Below, in pieces: positions 12,570 to 25,452 of a stretch of DNA of 51,707 bases. The position numbers and the translations under genes were made by a program. The DNA is from Octopus bimaculoides (lineage: Eukaryota). The notes below the pieces were generated by a model, which saw only the letters and a list, made by a program, of their open reading frames with translations, was not told the origin of the DNA and made no database searches. Numbering within the stretch: the first letter of the stretch is position 1; each line of letters begins with the position of its first letter. The DNA is taken from contig NC_068992.1 in the NCBI RefSeq assembly GCF_001194135.2, positions 11,375,157 to 11,426,863 on the forward strand, given 5' to 3'.

Positions 12570-12740
12570 TAAAAGAAGTCCTTACCAACATCTCTAGCAA
12601 TGGGTGCCACAAGCTTATTGTGGTGTGTGTATATTGTATAATGATGTAGAATGTGCAACACATGGTTGGTGTTTTCAAAAATAGGAGAATATTTGGTGGT
12701 CAACATATAATAACCCCTTAGTTCACTTTGTACATTACTG
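12570..12740 (-). mobile_element. Possible remnant of an RLE-type non-LTR retrotransposon (R2/NeSL superfamily)
   Basis: The open frame ...FENTNHVLHILHHYTIYTHHNKLVAPIARDV resembles the ET..HVL..C....RHN..V..IA region with its Cys residues lost. Recognised by eye only. Confidence 0.3.
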
Positions 12741-13029
12741 GACAACCAAATTAGGTATTAGAGAACAGGACTTCAATATTAATTGTACTTGCTTAATGTT
12801 CCATATCTGAGAGAAAATTTGGTGAAATAGACGTGGAAAACAAAACCTATTATACTGTGAAGATCAAACGATTTTCAAGGATGTGAATTTCATATCAGGT
12901 TATAAAAGAAGTTTCTATTCTAAGTAGCATTAACTATGAAGGTAATGAAATATTTTTGCTGCTTTTAGACTGCTACCACTGTCTCTTCTCCTGATGACCA
13001 TGTGTTTAGAGAAATAAACGAGCAAATCC

Positions 13030-13230
13030 TCCTTCTCCTCCTCATCATCATCGTCATCATCAACGTTATCATTGTCATCATTCTTATTGTCAACAACATC
13101 ATCATTTTCGTCAACTTCATTGACACCATCCTCATCAGCGCCATCATCACCCTCATCGTTGTCATCGTTATTGTTATCATCATCATCACTGTCATCGTTA
13201 CCATCATCCTCATCACAATCATCATCAACA
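13030..13230. repeat. (CAT/CGT)n trinucleotide low-complexity block; similar blocks at 25400-25650, 37190-37270, 39840-39965 and 42760-42840
   Basis: Directly visible. These give the poly-I/M/H/D ORFs. Confidence 0.9.
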
Positions 13231-13521
13231 ACGATGTAATACGAAAGACTGTCTTTGTACCATATTTCTGGAATAATATCTGTTGATATACAATAATCTT
13301 TCTTTAACAGCAGTTAGTTCTTATGGGGGTAATAATAGCAGGGTCTTTGTTGTTGTTGTCGTTGTTTTTACTGTTTTTTTTTGTTTTTTTTTGCCTCAGT
13401 TCAAAGGCATTAGAATGGGGAGGTGTCAACTAACTCAACCAAATAAATGAAATTTAATAGCTAGAAAGTTATTGAGTTGATTCACACATATATCCAACAC
13501 TATGATAGAATTTCACTGATA

Positions 13522-13579
<58 letters not shown>

Positions 13580-14636
13580 AGGAGAGAGACAAAGACGGAA
13601 GCAGAGAGAAGAGGGGCTTCTGCAAGCAAATAATTTTGGAACAAGTGCCAAAAAATGCAAAAAAACAAGTGTAAACAAATAGAAATTTTATTTTTTATAT
13701 TACGCCATAACAATAGTCAATAGGAAAGGCATCAAGTCATAAATATTTGGTCTCAAACAAATATGACAATGAAATTAACAAATAGAAAAGAAATGTGAGA
13801 GTATAATAGTTATAAAAACTGACTGATGCCAAACATGGAACAAGTGCAATGAATGAAGTTATTGTACATTTATCTGTAAGGTCTGATTTTTTTGTTCTTT
13901 TTTCTTTTGCTTTTGTTTTTGCTTTATTTTTAATTGGATTCCTTAAATGTTTATATACCATATTTGATCTAATCTATTTGCTGGGCTGTCTAACTGCCAA
14001 TATGAACAACGAGAGTTCTGTTAATAAATATCAGCCTTTAAACATTGAAAGAAAGGGCAGTTAATTCCTATTCTATACAATAATGGAGAGAGGAATATAA
14101 AGGAATGATCTGGCTTGATTTCAGTATTATCATAAACACTAAGAAGCAGTTTAAATGCAATCATTTGAAAAGAACTAGAATATATCCATTAACAAAGGAG
14201 CAGATCAAGGTGATGGATTGGCAAAATCGTTAGACTGGTGGACAAAATGTCTTATGGTGTTTGTTCTTGCTCAATATGCTTTCAAAATCTCACTGGGTTC
14301 ATCTCTGCCTTTCATATTTCTAGAGTCAATACAAATCAGGTACAATGTGAATATTAAGGTTGATTTTTATCAACTAATTCATCTCTCCAAATGTCTGGCT
14401 TTGTTACTATGTAAGAATCAGTTAATTATTATAAAAGAGATTTAAGATAGAGGACTGGTAGAATCATTATGGCATTAGAAAAAATGCCTTGCAGTATTTC
14501 ATTTGGTTCTTTATGTTCTGAGTTCAAATAGAACTGGGACTATGTTGTATCGACGCCCCCAGATGATGAAGTAGGCTAGCCCAATACGTAGATATATAGG
14601 GAGAAGTCTAGACAGAAACTGAAAGAAGCCTGCCGT

Positions 14637-14872
14637 ATCATCATCATCATCATCATCATCGTTTAACGTCCGCTTTCCATGCTAGCATGGGTTGGACGAT
14701 TTGACTGAGGACTGGTGAAACCGGATGGCAACACCAGGCTCCAGTCTGATTTGGCAGAGTTTCTACAGCTGGATGCCCTTCCTAACGCCAACCACTCAGA
14801 GAGTGTAGTGGGTGCTTTTACGTGTCACCCGCACGAAAACGGCCACGCTCGAAATGGTGTCTTTTATGTGCC
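14637..14872 (-). mobile_element. Young RTE-type 3'-end repeat, cut by gap 14873-15295
   Basis: Nearly identical, with only a few mismatches, to the reverse complement of 48596-48745. (GAT)n tail and CpGs retained. Confidence 0.85.
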
Positions 14873-15295
14873 NNNNNNNNNNNNNNNNNNNNNNNNNNNN
14901 NNNNNNNNNNNNNNNNNNNNNNNNNNNNNNNNNNNNNNNNNNNNNNNNNNNNNNNNNNNNNNNNNNNNNNNNNNNNNNNNNNNNNNNNNNNNNNNNNNNN
15001 NNNNNNNNNNNNNNNNNNNNNNNNNNNNNNNNNNNNNNNNNNNNNNNNNNNNNNNNNNNNNNNNNNNNNNNNNNNNNNNNNNNNNNNNNNNNNNNNNNNN
15101 NNNNNNNNNNNNNNNNNNNNNNNNNNNNNNNNNNNNNNNNNNNNNNNNNNNNNNNNNNNNNNNNNNNNNNNNNNNNNNNNNNNNNNNNNNNNNNNNNNNN
15201 NNNNNNNNNNNNNNNNNNNNNNNNNNNNNNNNNNNNNNNNNNNNNNNNNNNNNNNNNNNNNNNNNNNNNNNNNNNNNNNNNNNNNNNNNNNNNNN

Positions 15296-15339
<44 letters not shown>

Positions 15340-16377
15340 TAAACAACTGGAGTATCTGCTACTGGTCTTATGTTTTTTAGTCACTGCTTGTATTTAATCC
15401 TGTTTCTAAGCAATTCATAGTATTCTACATAATCTCAGTTCACCCAACTATATCAAATCATAGGTACCAGAATGTCTGGGAACGAACATCGGCAGGAACT
15501 GAGAGGGTTCAATGCCAGAGAGTGAAAGTAATATATTCATGGCTGTTACGTGCTTTGGAGCTACAGCTAAGCGTTGACTCTGTGGAGAGTTCTGTGAAAC
15601 ATTAGACAACATTTCCTTTTACGTACAATAATAATACTGTTTAGAATAGTTTCCACGCAATAAAATTGGAAGCTTTCAAATAAAATACAATAGAATCTAA
15701 TATAAAATGAAAAGAAAATAGAATAATATAAAAGATAAACATTTTACATTTTTGAAATTAATAAGACTTATAATTAAACTGTCTTCAATTGGTATAAAAA
15801 AGAATTTTATTACTTCAGCAAAACCATTATTTCAAATAAGTGAAATACAATAAAATATATATATAGAAAAAAAATTATGTAAATTTATTTTTTCTTTTCT
15901 TTCTCTTGTTAGTATCTTTGAATCAGTTGTTAAGTATTTTATGGGTAGTTTGTAAATTTAACTTGTCATCATCATCATGCAGCTAGTATTAATGGTAATA
16001 AAAGCAAAAGACTTCTGGAATGACTAACTAAACCATGTAATTAAAGAATGTGACACCTTACTGTAAACTATGCTAAAGAGCTAATGTTTCTTCAAAAAAC
16101 AAAACAAAACAAAATGATTCAAATTCACTGACAACCAACTAAAGCTTGAGAACCAAAACCAACCGACAACCAACCATTGTATTAATAGAAATTTTTTAAA
16201 CCATTGATACATAATATAGAAATATAATACATGACAGCCACATCAACCAACAAACAACCATTGTATTAATAGAAATACTTTTATCCTATGATCTATAAAT
16301 ACAGAAATTTCCATTTTGCAGCATATTTTGAGAGGAAGCGAATATAGTTTTATTACATCTCTTTTTTTTTGTTTGTT

Positions 16378-16470
16378 TGTTTGTTTCAGTCATTGGATTG
16401 TGGTCATGCAAGGACACTACCTTCAAAGGCTCAGCTGAACAAATCAATACATTATTTTCATGGAAGACTA
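16378..16470 (-). mobile_element. SINE family B 3' tail; a matching head fragment lies at 17636-17685
   Basis: gtttcagtcattggattgtggtcatgc...ccttcaaagg...gaacaaatc parallels 45180-45250. The head gaacctggaagcatgtggctggaaagcaaacttcttaccacacagcca lies right of the mariner. Confidence 0.6.
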
Positions 16471-16554
16471 GAAATGAACGACCCTGCTTGTATAACAGTA
16501 ATACTTGTTTACAATATCAGACAAGATCAAGACAAGGAGGTACTAATAAATACA

Positions 16555-17635
16555 TACAAGGGGATACCAAAAAGTTCCCAGATTAGTTCTGTCGTGCACC
16601 AGCCAACAGATAGTAATACACAGTTACATGAGCAGTGAGAGCTAGCAGTGACCTCCATGAGGAAGTGTGCCAGGTGACATCACTGTGTTGTGGCTGTGAT
16701 TTTGTCATGGACAAGAAGCTGGAACAAAGAGCCAACGTGATATTGAGTATGCATCAGCAAGCTTACAGCGACAAGTGGCAGGGCTTCTTCAAAAGTGGAA
16801 GAACATCCCTGGAAGATGATCATCAATCTGGAAGACCTACCATGACATGAGCATCTCGCCTGGAAATGTAGAGAAAATTCCCCAGTTTGTGCATGAGGAT
16901 CATTGGAAGACAATCTATGATATTTCTTATGTTGTTGGCCTGTCGTATGGATTTGTGAAGGCAATCTTAATGTCTGAACTGAACATGTGGTGTGTCGCTG
17001 CCAAGTTTGTCCCCTGCCTACTGAATACTGAGCAGAAAGAACATCACGTCAAAGTCTGTCAAGATCTCTGTCAACATGTCACTGATGACCCATCCTTAAT
17101 ATCAAGCATCATGACCAGTGATGGGAGCTAGGTCTACAGATATGACCCTAAGATGAAACAGCAGTCATCACAATGGAAGAGCTCTTTATCTCCATGACTG
17201 AAGAGGGCACAACAGGGTCGCAACTCAATCAAGAATATGTTCATTGAGAATTCATCCCTCAGAGCCAGACCATCAATTGAAAGTTCTAGTGTGACGTTTT
17301 GAAGCGTTTAAAAGAGGATATTTGGTGAAAGCATCCAGATCTGTGGAGCACGAAGAATTAGATTTTTTCATGACAACAATGTATGACAACAAGTTCTCCT
17401 CACTCGTGAGTTTCCTCACCAAAAGCAACATAGTATCCCTTCTGCACCAAACTCATTCACTAGATTTAGCACCTGCAGACTTCCATCTCTTCCCCAAGAT
17501 GAAAATGCAGTTGAGATCAAGGATGAATAGCAAATGTTCCTTGACTCACTTACAGAAAACAACTTCTAGGCCAGATTCCAAGAGTTGCAGGAATGCTGGG
17601 ACTGGTGTACTGCTGGGACTGGTGTACTGCTGGGA
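16555..17635 (+). mobile_element. Degenerate mariner (DD34D-type) element with left TIR, 3' truncated
   Basis: TA-CAAGGGGATACCAAAAAGTTCC start. Frames give FFKSGRTSLEDDHQSGRP, AAKFVPCLL (WVPHEL-like), IMTSDGS*VYRYDPKMKQQSSQWK and HSLDLAPADFHLFPKMK (YSPDL-like). Many stops and frameshifts. Confidence 0.9.
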
Positions 17636-19097
17636 ATGAACCTGGAAGCATGTGGCTGGAAAGCAAACTTCTTACCACACAGCCAGGTCTAAGACTAGTT
17701 TTTTTCTTTTTCCAATTTAATGCATAATGTCAAAAAACAAAAAAAAAACAAAAGACTAGTGGCAATATGTTGACCATTGGTTACCAAAAGAAGAGATTTA
17801 GCCCAAACATCTTGCATAAGCAAACAACATGCTCACAGAATCTGAAAAAATACACTTTCCATATGTTTGATTCTGTTGTTACAAACTGAATATGTATTAA
17901 AATACATAAATGTTAATTTTTAACATCCTTGCTGAAGTGAGTCGCTAGAAATCCAGCAAATATTATTTTAGTGAAGAAGGGCTAATGAGGCAATAAAAAG
18001 AAATTGAAAGCAATAATGTCACACCTAGGAATGAAGGAACCTATTGTATTAGACTTTGTCAACGAATTTGCTATTATTTTAACGTCTCAACATTGTCAGC
18101 TAGAACTATATTAAAACAAAAATGGTGCTTGTAATTCAAAAATGAAAACATGAAAATCACCATATGATCGAGTGTGTGTGTGTAAGAGAGGGAGAAAGAG
18201 AAGGAGAGAGACTGTGGGAATAAGTGTGCGTTTGTGTATGTGTGTGGTGTGCATGAGTGTATGTGTTTGACTGTTGTGTATGTTATGTGTTGTGCGTGTG
18301 CATGTGTAAGCATCTATATATGCATGTGTATTTATGTAAGTAACTGTGTACGTGTGTACATGTGTGTGTGCATGGGTGCATCTATTCTCAATTAACCATT
18401 TATATTTTATGAACACTTGGTTTGTACATAAAAATTTCTGCATCTGAATTCTATACAAAGTTTTTTTCTCTTCCCCAACCAGGAAACCTCTCAGAAGAAA
18501 ATTAAAAGATTTTCTTGTTCATGAAGCTGGTTTCATATTTATTTGATTTTTCTCAATATATTTTAAAAATTTAATTTGAAAATAATTTAACACACCATTC
18601 TCATTGCAACCTTAAAGAAAATGAAAATATTAATAACTTTTTAAAACCAAAAAAGATAAATTGCACACACACACACACACACAAACAAAAACACTTTTTG
18701 ATTTAATGAAAACACACAAAATATAAATAAATAAAAGAAATGTTTCATTTCTAAATAAGATTAGAAGGATTAAAATATATTGCCTCTTGCTTCAGAAAGA
18801 AGTTTATCGAACTAGAAGAGGTAAATAGCTTAAAAGTTTGATGCTTGTTAATATTATTTGTACTTTAAATTTATTACAGTTTTCTTGGGTGAAAACAATG
18901 GAATCCGAATGTTAATGAAGTGACAAAGATTTCTCATTCAAATTTAAAGGACACCAGCCATTTGTGTAAATAAACACCATGCAATACATTGTTGTTTGGC
19001 TATAGATCATCCACAGGCCCACATTATGGTTTTGTTCTTACAAGCTTATTCTCCTCAGATTTGTAACTTATCCTGTTTATTAATTAATACAGTAAAG

Positions 19098-19484
19098 TGT
19101 GTGTTGTTGGCACTCCATCGCTTATGACGTCAAGGGTTCCAGTTGATCCAATCAACGGAACAGCCTGCTCATGAAATTAACGTGCAAGTGGCTGAGCACT
19201 CCACAGACACATGTGCCCTTAACGTAGTTCTCAGGGATATTCAGCGTGACACAGTGTGACAAGGCTGACCCTTTGAATTACAGGCACAACAGAAACAGGA
19301 AGAGAGAGTGAGAGTAAGTTGTGGTGGAAGAGTACAGCAGGGTTTGCCACCATCCCCTGCCGGAGCCACGTGGACGTTTAGGTGTTTTCGCTCAATAAAC
19401 ACTCACAATGCCCGGTCTGGGAATTGAAACTGCGATCCTATGACCGTGAGTCCGCTGCCCTAACCACTGGGCCATTGCGCCTCC
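19098..19484 (-). mobile_element. Full-length young tRNA-derived SINE (family C) with TSD
   Basis: Head ggaggcgcaatggcccagtggttagggcagcggactc with A-box TGGCCCAGTGG and B-box-like GTTTCAATTCC. (AAC/AC) tail. Direct repeat cagtaaag at 19090-19097 and 19484-19491. CpG-rich. Confidence 0.9.
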
Positions 19485-19739
19485 AGTAAAGCATGAGAAG
19501 AGGAAGATTTGAAGGCTGTTTGACAGCTGGTCATTTGACCATACAGAATTTCCCTCAGCTGGTCTTTCATAACTTAATGGGTGACACCAGGGACAAGGTT
19601 GCTACAATAGCCCCAAACCAAATGCATGACACTAGAATTTTGAAGTTCTTAAGTGCATGATGACTGCAACCATATGACAGTAGTAATGAGTAATGAAAGA
19701 GGAATTATTCAGAAGATTTTTTTTAATGCAAGTTTTTGT

Positions 19740-20209
19740 AGTTGGAGAGGATTGCTGCTGAAAAACCATATGCCTGGCTGCAGGATTGAACTCCTTGGTA
19801 CACCTCTGGAAAGAGTCAGAAGTGGTTGTCAGAGAATTTCTATGATTTCCCAGCCCTAAACCCTAGCCTTTAATTCCCTCAATTGTAATTTCATGGATTA
19901 CTATTGAGCCACAGTTGAGAAAGACATGACCTGCTCTGCCTGCAACTCCACGGCTGATCTGTTGGCCAAGACCAAGAAGGTGTTTGAAGATCTTCTCAGA
20001 GCCACAATGAGGAATGCATACACCAGGTTCCAGAGGTCATCTTAAGGTCATAATGGAGACTGAAGGCTGCTACTTTGAATAAACTGTTATCTCCTGGCCC
20101 TAATTTTGTTGATATTTTTTGATTTAAAAAAAAAATATTTTAACTTTGGATAAGATATGGTTTTTCTTTACCTTTTATGAAAACTGTGAAATTTAGCCCA
20201 AACACCCTG
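19740..20209 (+). mobile_element. Degenerate Tc1/mariner-superfamily transposase C-terminus plus right TIR
   Basis: FNSLNCNFMDYY*ATVEKDMTCSACNSTADLLAKTKKVFEDLLRATMRNAYTRF fits the WPPNSPDCNPMDY..W motif region. It ends in ...cccaaacaccctg. Confidence 0.8.
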
Positions 20210-22306
20210 CATAAACAGACATGTTCACAGAATCTGAAAAGTAATATAAGTTGTTTATTTAAAGTGTTATTTCTAAATCTTCAGAGAATCTAATTTTGCT
20301 GGAGGCATAGATAGTATCAATATAAATTAGTTGTAATTTAAATTTGAGATGAAATCATAAAATATTTTGTCTTTTATTAGAATAAGAGGAGAAATGAAGC
20401 TGATGTTTGGCAGAATTTGCCTAAATAGTTAGAGGAGGACCAATCCACCTTTAGATGAGTTGTTTGATGAAAATGACTCGATTAAAGTAAAATGACACTG
20501 TTTGGCACCAAGTGTACATTGCAGTGCCAACGTGGCGGAATGCCGAAACAAGTTAACCAATTTACTTGCTAGAATGCTAATATCTCAAATGAAGTTTAAC
20601 AGACTCTTTTAAAAACATGTCATCTAATTGCTCATTTATCAATTTTAACTATGTTCAGATATTGCGAAATTACAAATTTATAGAATGCTTTTATCAAAAC
20701 CTACATGATAATCATTGATTTTCCCATAAATTCATTGAAACTATACAGCAATTAGCTTTATATATTTTCAATATACTATGGTATTTACTGTTTACTATTT
20801 AAAATTGAATAAATCTCAATTCCAGCAATATATTTCATAATTTATAATTGTCATTTTTGTAGCTTTTCCTAATTTTAGTGTTAAAGAAATCCATACTTGG
20901 CTGTGATGCTAGTAAGATTATACACCGTTAGTTCTGTGTTAGTGAGTAATTCAAATATAAAGAAATCATCGTATTTTAGTAACATATTATTAGTAATGAT
21001 ATCTATTTGTAATTAGCTTCGATAATAGCAGTGCATAGCCAAGAACGAGACACATTAATCAGATTGTGTGGCTAGCAAAACCATTCCCCTCTCACTTACC
21101 ACGTAATTTATCTGTAGTGTAAACAGGACAGCCAGCTAGTAGCAAAAATGTAAATTATTTAAACAATATGCATTATATAAACATTAAAAATAACCCAGCT
21201 AACTTATGTTTAAAGGATAAACCAGAAATCAAATATATTTTATAGTAAACATCAAAAATGACAGCATTTATTTTGGTCTTCTTTCAGTTCAATCTTAATC
21301 TTTCTGCTTCAACCCTTGCTCCATTTTCTCTTTGCATTTCATTTTGTTTTCTTTTAGTTATTCTTTTATACATCAACTTTTCTTCCACTTTTTTCTTTTT
21401 TGTGTGTTGCATGTTATTTTGCAGCTCTTCTCCCAAATTCACCCCAAAGCATTGACTACTTCTGATTATTGTTGCATTTTACAGCAGCTAGAGAAGTCAG
21501 GCAGTTTCCCTTGCAATTCCTTGTTGTTGTGTTTTGTAAAACCGTTTTTACGCTTTTTTATTCTTATGCTCTAACTTGCTTTTCCCCTTGCTTCATTTCC
21601 TTTGACTCTTAACCATCGACATTGCTTCTCTTCAACTCTATATACATAATTCTCTTTTCTTTTGTCTCCCAATAAAAATATATATGCATGTGTGTATGTA
21701 TGTGAATGATGAGGAGAGGAAGAGCCTCTTTTGGGCTACAGAAAATCTGCCTCTATAAGTATGGAAAAACAGGCATAAAACGATGATGATGATGAGGAGG
21801 AGGAGGGGGAGGAGGGGGAATAGATCTGCTGAATTCAGATGCATTCTACATATACATACACACACCTATGTAGTTACCAGCACCCACAGCCTTGGCCTTA
21901 TAAACTACAATTCCAGTCTTATATTCTAAAGACTACTATTCACACACACACACACACATGCAAATAACACAAGTAAACACTCAAATTCTACATACATGAT
22001 TCGTTATTTCCATCTCTGCAATTTCATTCACTTTCACCCCAGTCTGTGTTTAACAAGCAAATTTCAGTTTTTTTGTGTTTTATTTTTGATTATCACATTA
22101 TTCTCTAGTACCATTTTGGTGAACATTTCAGAGAAAATTATAAGTCCCACAACGGAAGAAACAAAATCTTGATTTCTAAGTTAGTCAGATAATTGCTATA
22201 CATGAAACTCTTGGCCACTTGAGTAACTTTTGTAACATTTCTTCCGACTAAAAAATTTCATATCTACATGTGTCTGTCAGCATACATATGTGCATATGTA
22301 GGAATT

Positions 22307-22374
<68 letters not shown>

Positions 22375-22853
22375 TGTATGCATGTTTGCATGTGTACATG
22401 TATGTGTACATACTTACATACATATACGTACTGACCATGGTCATACAACAAATGCTTCTATTACAAAGTAAAGTAATATGTGTATTTACAAAGCTATTCA
22501 ATCATTTTTTCCCAAAAATACATTTGATTTCAAGATTTCAATCAGTTAAATTCAACTGAAATTGCCTACAGAACAACTTAGAAAATATATAAATATTTTT
22601 CTTTGTTTTTTTTTCTTTTTTTCTGTGAATGGCACAAAATCTCAAAAATGAGATAAAAAATATATTAACAACAACAACAACTATAATAATAATAACAACA
22701 ATAACAACAGCAACAACAATACTGATAACAGAAGCATATTTTATGTATATAGAGATATATCATTTCTTAAAATATATTAAAGCTGTCTGTAAATTTTATT
22801 GCCAGGAAATAATTTTTATAGAGAGTGTACTGTCAGTTACAAATAATATATAA

Positions 22854-22906
<53 letters not shown>

Positions 22907-24444
22907 CAGAGAACATATATGTACGTATTACATATGTATATATGTATGTATTATGTATGTGTGTATAAAATAAAGAGGAGAAAATACACAAAAGTATTCA
23001 ATTTGAGTTACTATTCTCTGATATATCTGTAAATACAGTTACCATGGTCTGGTGGTTTCACCATAGAATGGTCATCAAGAGATTTGTTTTGTCTCTTAAA
23101 TAGACGCTATTAGCGATCTAAGTAAGTAAACATATAATCTTCATAAGATCAAATAGTCACTCTTTTATTTTGCTTTCTTCCATTACATTTTTTAATGTTT
23201 TTGTTTTCCATTCTTTTGTGTATGAAGTTAATGCAATGTCTATTTGGCTTATATATGTTTTAATTCAATTCTTTCTCATTTTTTTTTATTTGTTTTTTAT
23301 TTATTTTCTGAGAATAAGTTTTATCTTGATAATGCATTGATATGATTAAATTGCAATATAATTAAGTTATTGATTTAATGTAAGATCAGTTTCCTTTCTG
23401 TGCAATTATTAAATTTCTGATGAAGAATGTATTTTCTCCTCTTTTTCCATCTTATGTGTTGTCGGACAATCAAATGCCAGCAAAAACACAAAAAAAAAAA
23501 ACATAGTAAAAGAGAAAGAATGAAAATAAGGAACAAACAAAAATATCAGGAGAAAAAGATCAAAGGTAATTTCATCACTGTTAGTGTTTCTCAATAAATA
23601 TTCAGAGGAAATAATGAAGTTATTTTCATAATATGACTTGCATTCTCCTATGTTATGTTCTGCTACAAGTTGTAGATGCCTACTGATGTCAAATGAAGAT
23701 GTGCCAGAAGTCAAAGCACTGCTCTATGGCAACACATTCACAAGAACTACACAAGGAACAATGACCTGACAAGAATATTTCTATTGCAAATTCAGTAACT
23801 TGCTTCTTTTCTTTCTCTCTTTCTTTTTTTTTTTTTTGGTGTTTTTTTGTCCCCTCCCCATTGACACTTATGGAACACACAAAATTTATATATCTATTAA
23901 TGCTTATTCTGGTCTCCTTTGAAGTTATTCTAGTCATGAAAAATACATACATAGAAACTTACACACAAAAAATCCCATAATTACACATAATGAACAAAAA
24001 CATAGGGAACACTGTACATTATTAAACTTATAGCTTAGTGATAAAAGTCTTTTGAAAACAGTTCAATCATCAATAGCGCTGTAGATGGTAGGATGGTTGT
24101 TTTGTTGAGATAGTTTATGAATAAATGTTTTCTAATAATAAATTATTTATCACATCTTTAGAATTTTTTTTACCAATTTTGAAATTATTCATGGCTTCAT
24201 ACTTGCACAGAAATAAATATTTAGAAATTGCCCATTTCTTTTAAGTGCATGTATAACATTAGAGTTACCGTTAATTACATTTAATTAGACTAACAATTTG
24301 TTTCTTTGTGAAAGGTAAATCGCTGCAGACAGCAGCACGGTACTTAACAAACCTTATTAAAATCAAATTTCCAATTAGAAATTAGGGGAGGTACATTAGT
24401 CTTGGTATTTTCAATCTGTTATAATGGTGGCATGATAAAGTTCA

Positions 24445-24775
24445 CCTAGTCTCTCCATGTCGAGCAGCTACTCCACGTTCAGGGACCACAGTTCCAAATA
24501 GTATGGACATGTGATGAGAACGTTGCAGGAGAGGATTGCAAGACAGTTTCTTCAAGCCAAGTCAACCAGTAGCAAACCTACAGACAGGTCAAGAATGAAA
24601 TGATTAGATAATACCCATTGTTTTACTTGTCATGCTTGGGAACCCAGCCAGAAAGTGTGATGTTGGTTTCTTCAGATAGGACCCTATGGAAGAAGTTCCT
24701 GAGGACTCAGCCTCCATGAACCCCACCAGAAATTGAAAGTAGAAAAGACAGAGGGATGGATGGATGAATGGATAC
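24445..24775 (+). mobile_element. Degenerate LINE ORF2 C-terminus and 3' end (RTE/Expander-like) with (GGAT)n tail
   Basis: *YGHVMRTLQERIARQFLQAKSTSSKPTDRSRMK*LD matches the LRW.GHV.RM....P.GRPR.RW LINE C-terminus. Confidence 0.75.
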
Positions 24776-24998
24776 TTTTTTTTTTTCCTACTCTAGACAC
24801 AAGGCCCGGAATTTTGTGGGAGGGGGCCAGTCGATTAGATCGACCCTAGTACACAACACGTAGTTAATTTATCGACCCCAAAAGGATAAAAGACAAAGTC
24901 GACCTTGGCGGAATTTGAACTCAGAATGTAATGACTGACAAAATACCGCTAAACATTTCACCTGGCGTGCTAACGACTCTGCCAGCTCGTCACCTTGG
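24776..24998 (-). mobile_element. SINE family A inserted in the (GGAT)n tail of the LINE
   Basis: Family A core is present, flanked by ggatggatgaatggatac on the left and ggatggatcgatggattac on the right. Confidence 0.85.
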
Positions 24999-25420
24999 AT
25001 GGATCGATGGATTACTAACCTATGACTGTTCAATTAACACACCTTGATTATATCGAATACAATATAAACCAAAACAAATGAAACAAACTAAAAAAAAAGA
25101 AGGAAAATGATAAAAAGACATTGGCAAGCACCAGGTGAAACTCTACCAATTGTGAACTTCACTCTGGGTTTGTTGTTTTGTTATTTTCTCTGTCTGATTA
25201 TCGCCTACATATTCCATGACTTCTTTTATATTCAGTATATAGAAATGTTTTCTAAAGATGTTTTTTTATCAATAAAACAGTACTTATTCACCACTTCATT
25301 AATAGCATATACGCATAAAAGCACCGTTAAAGAGCCAACACTTTTATTGACCAATTCATTGTAATGAACCTGTGTACGTATAGCATTTGTAATATTGAAT
25401 CATTATCATTACTGTTGTTG

Positions 25421-25452
<32 letters not shown>

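Noticed and set aside
19410-19484. tRNA gene
   Set aside because: It is the tRNA-like head of a SINE, continuing into body and tail with a TSD. The other tRNA-like heads in the window are likewise SINE parts.
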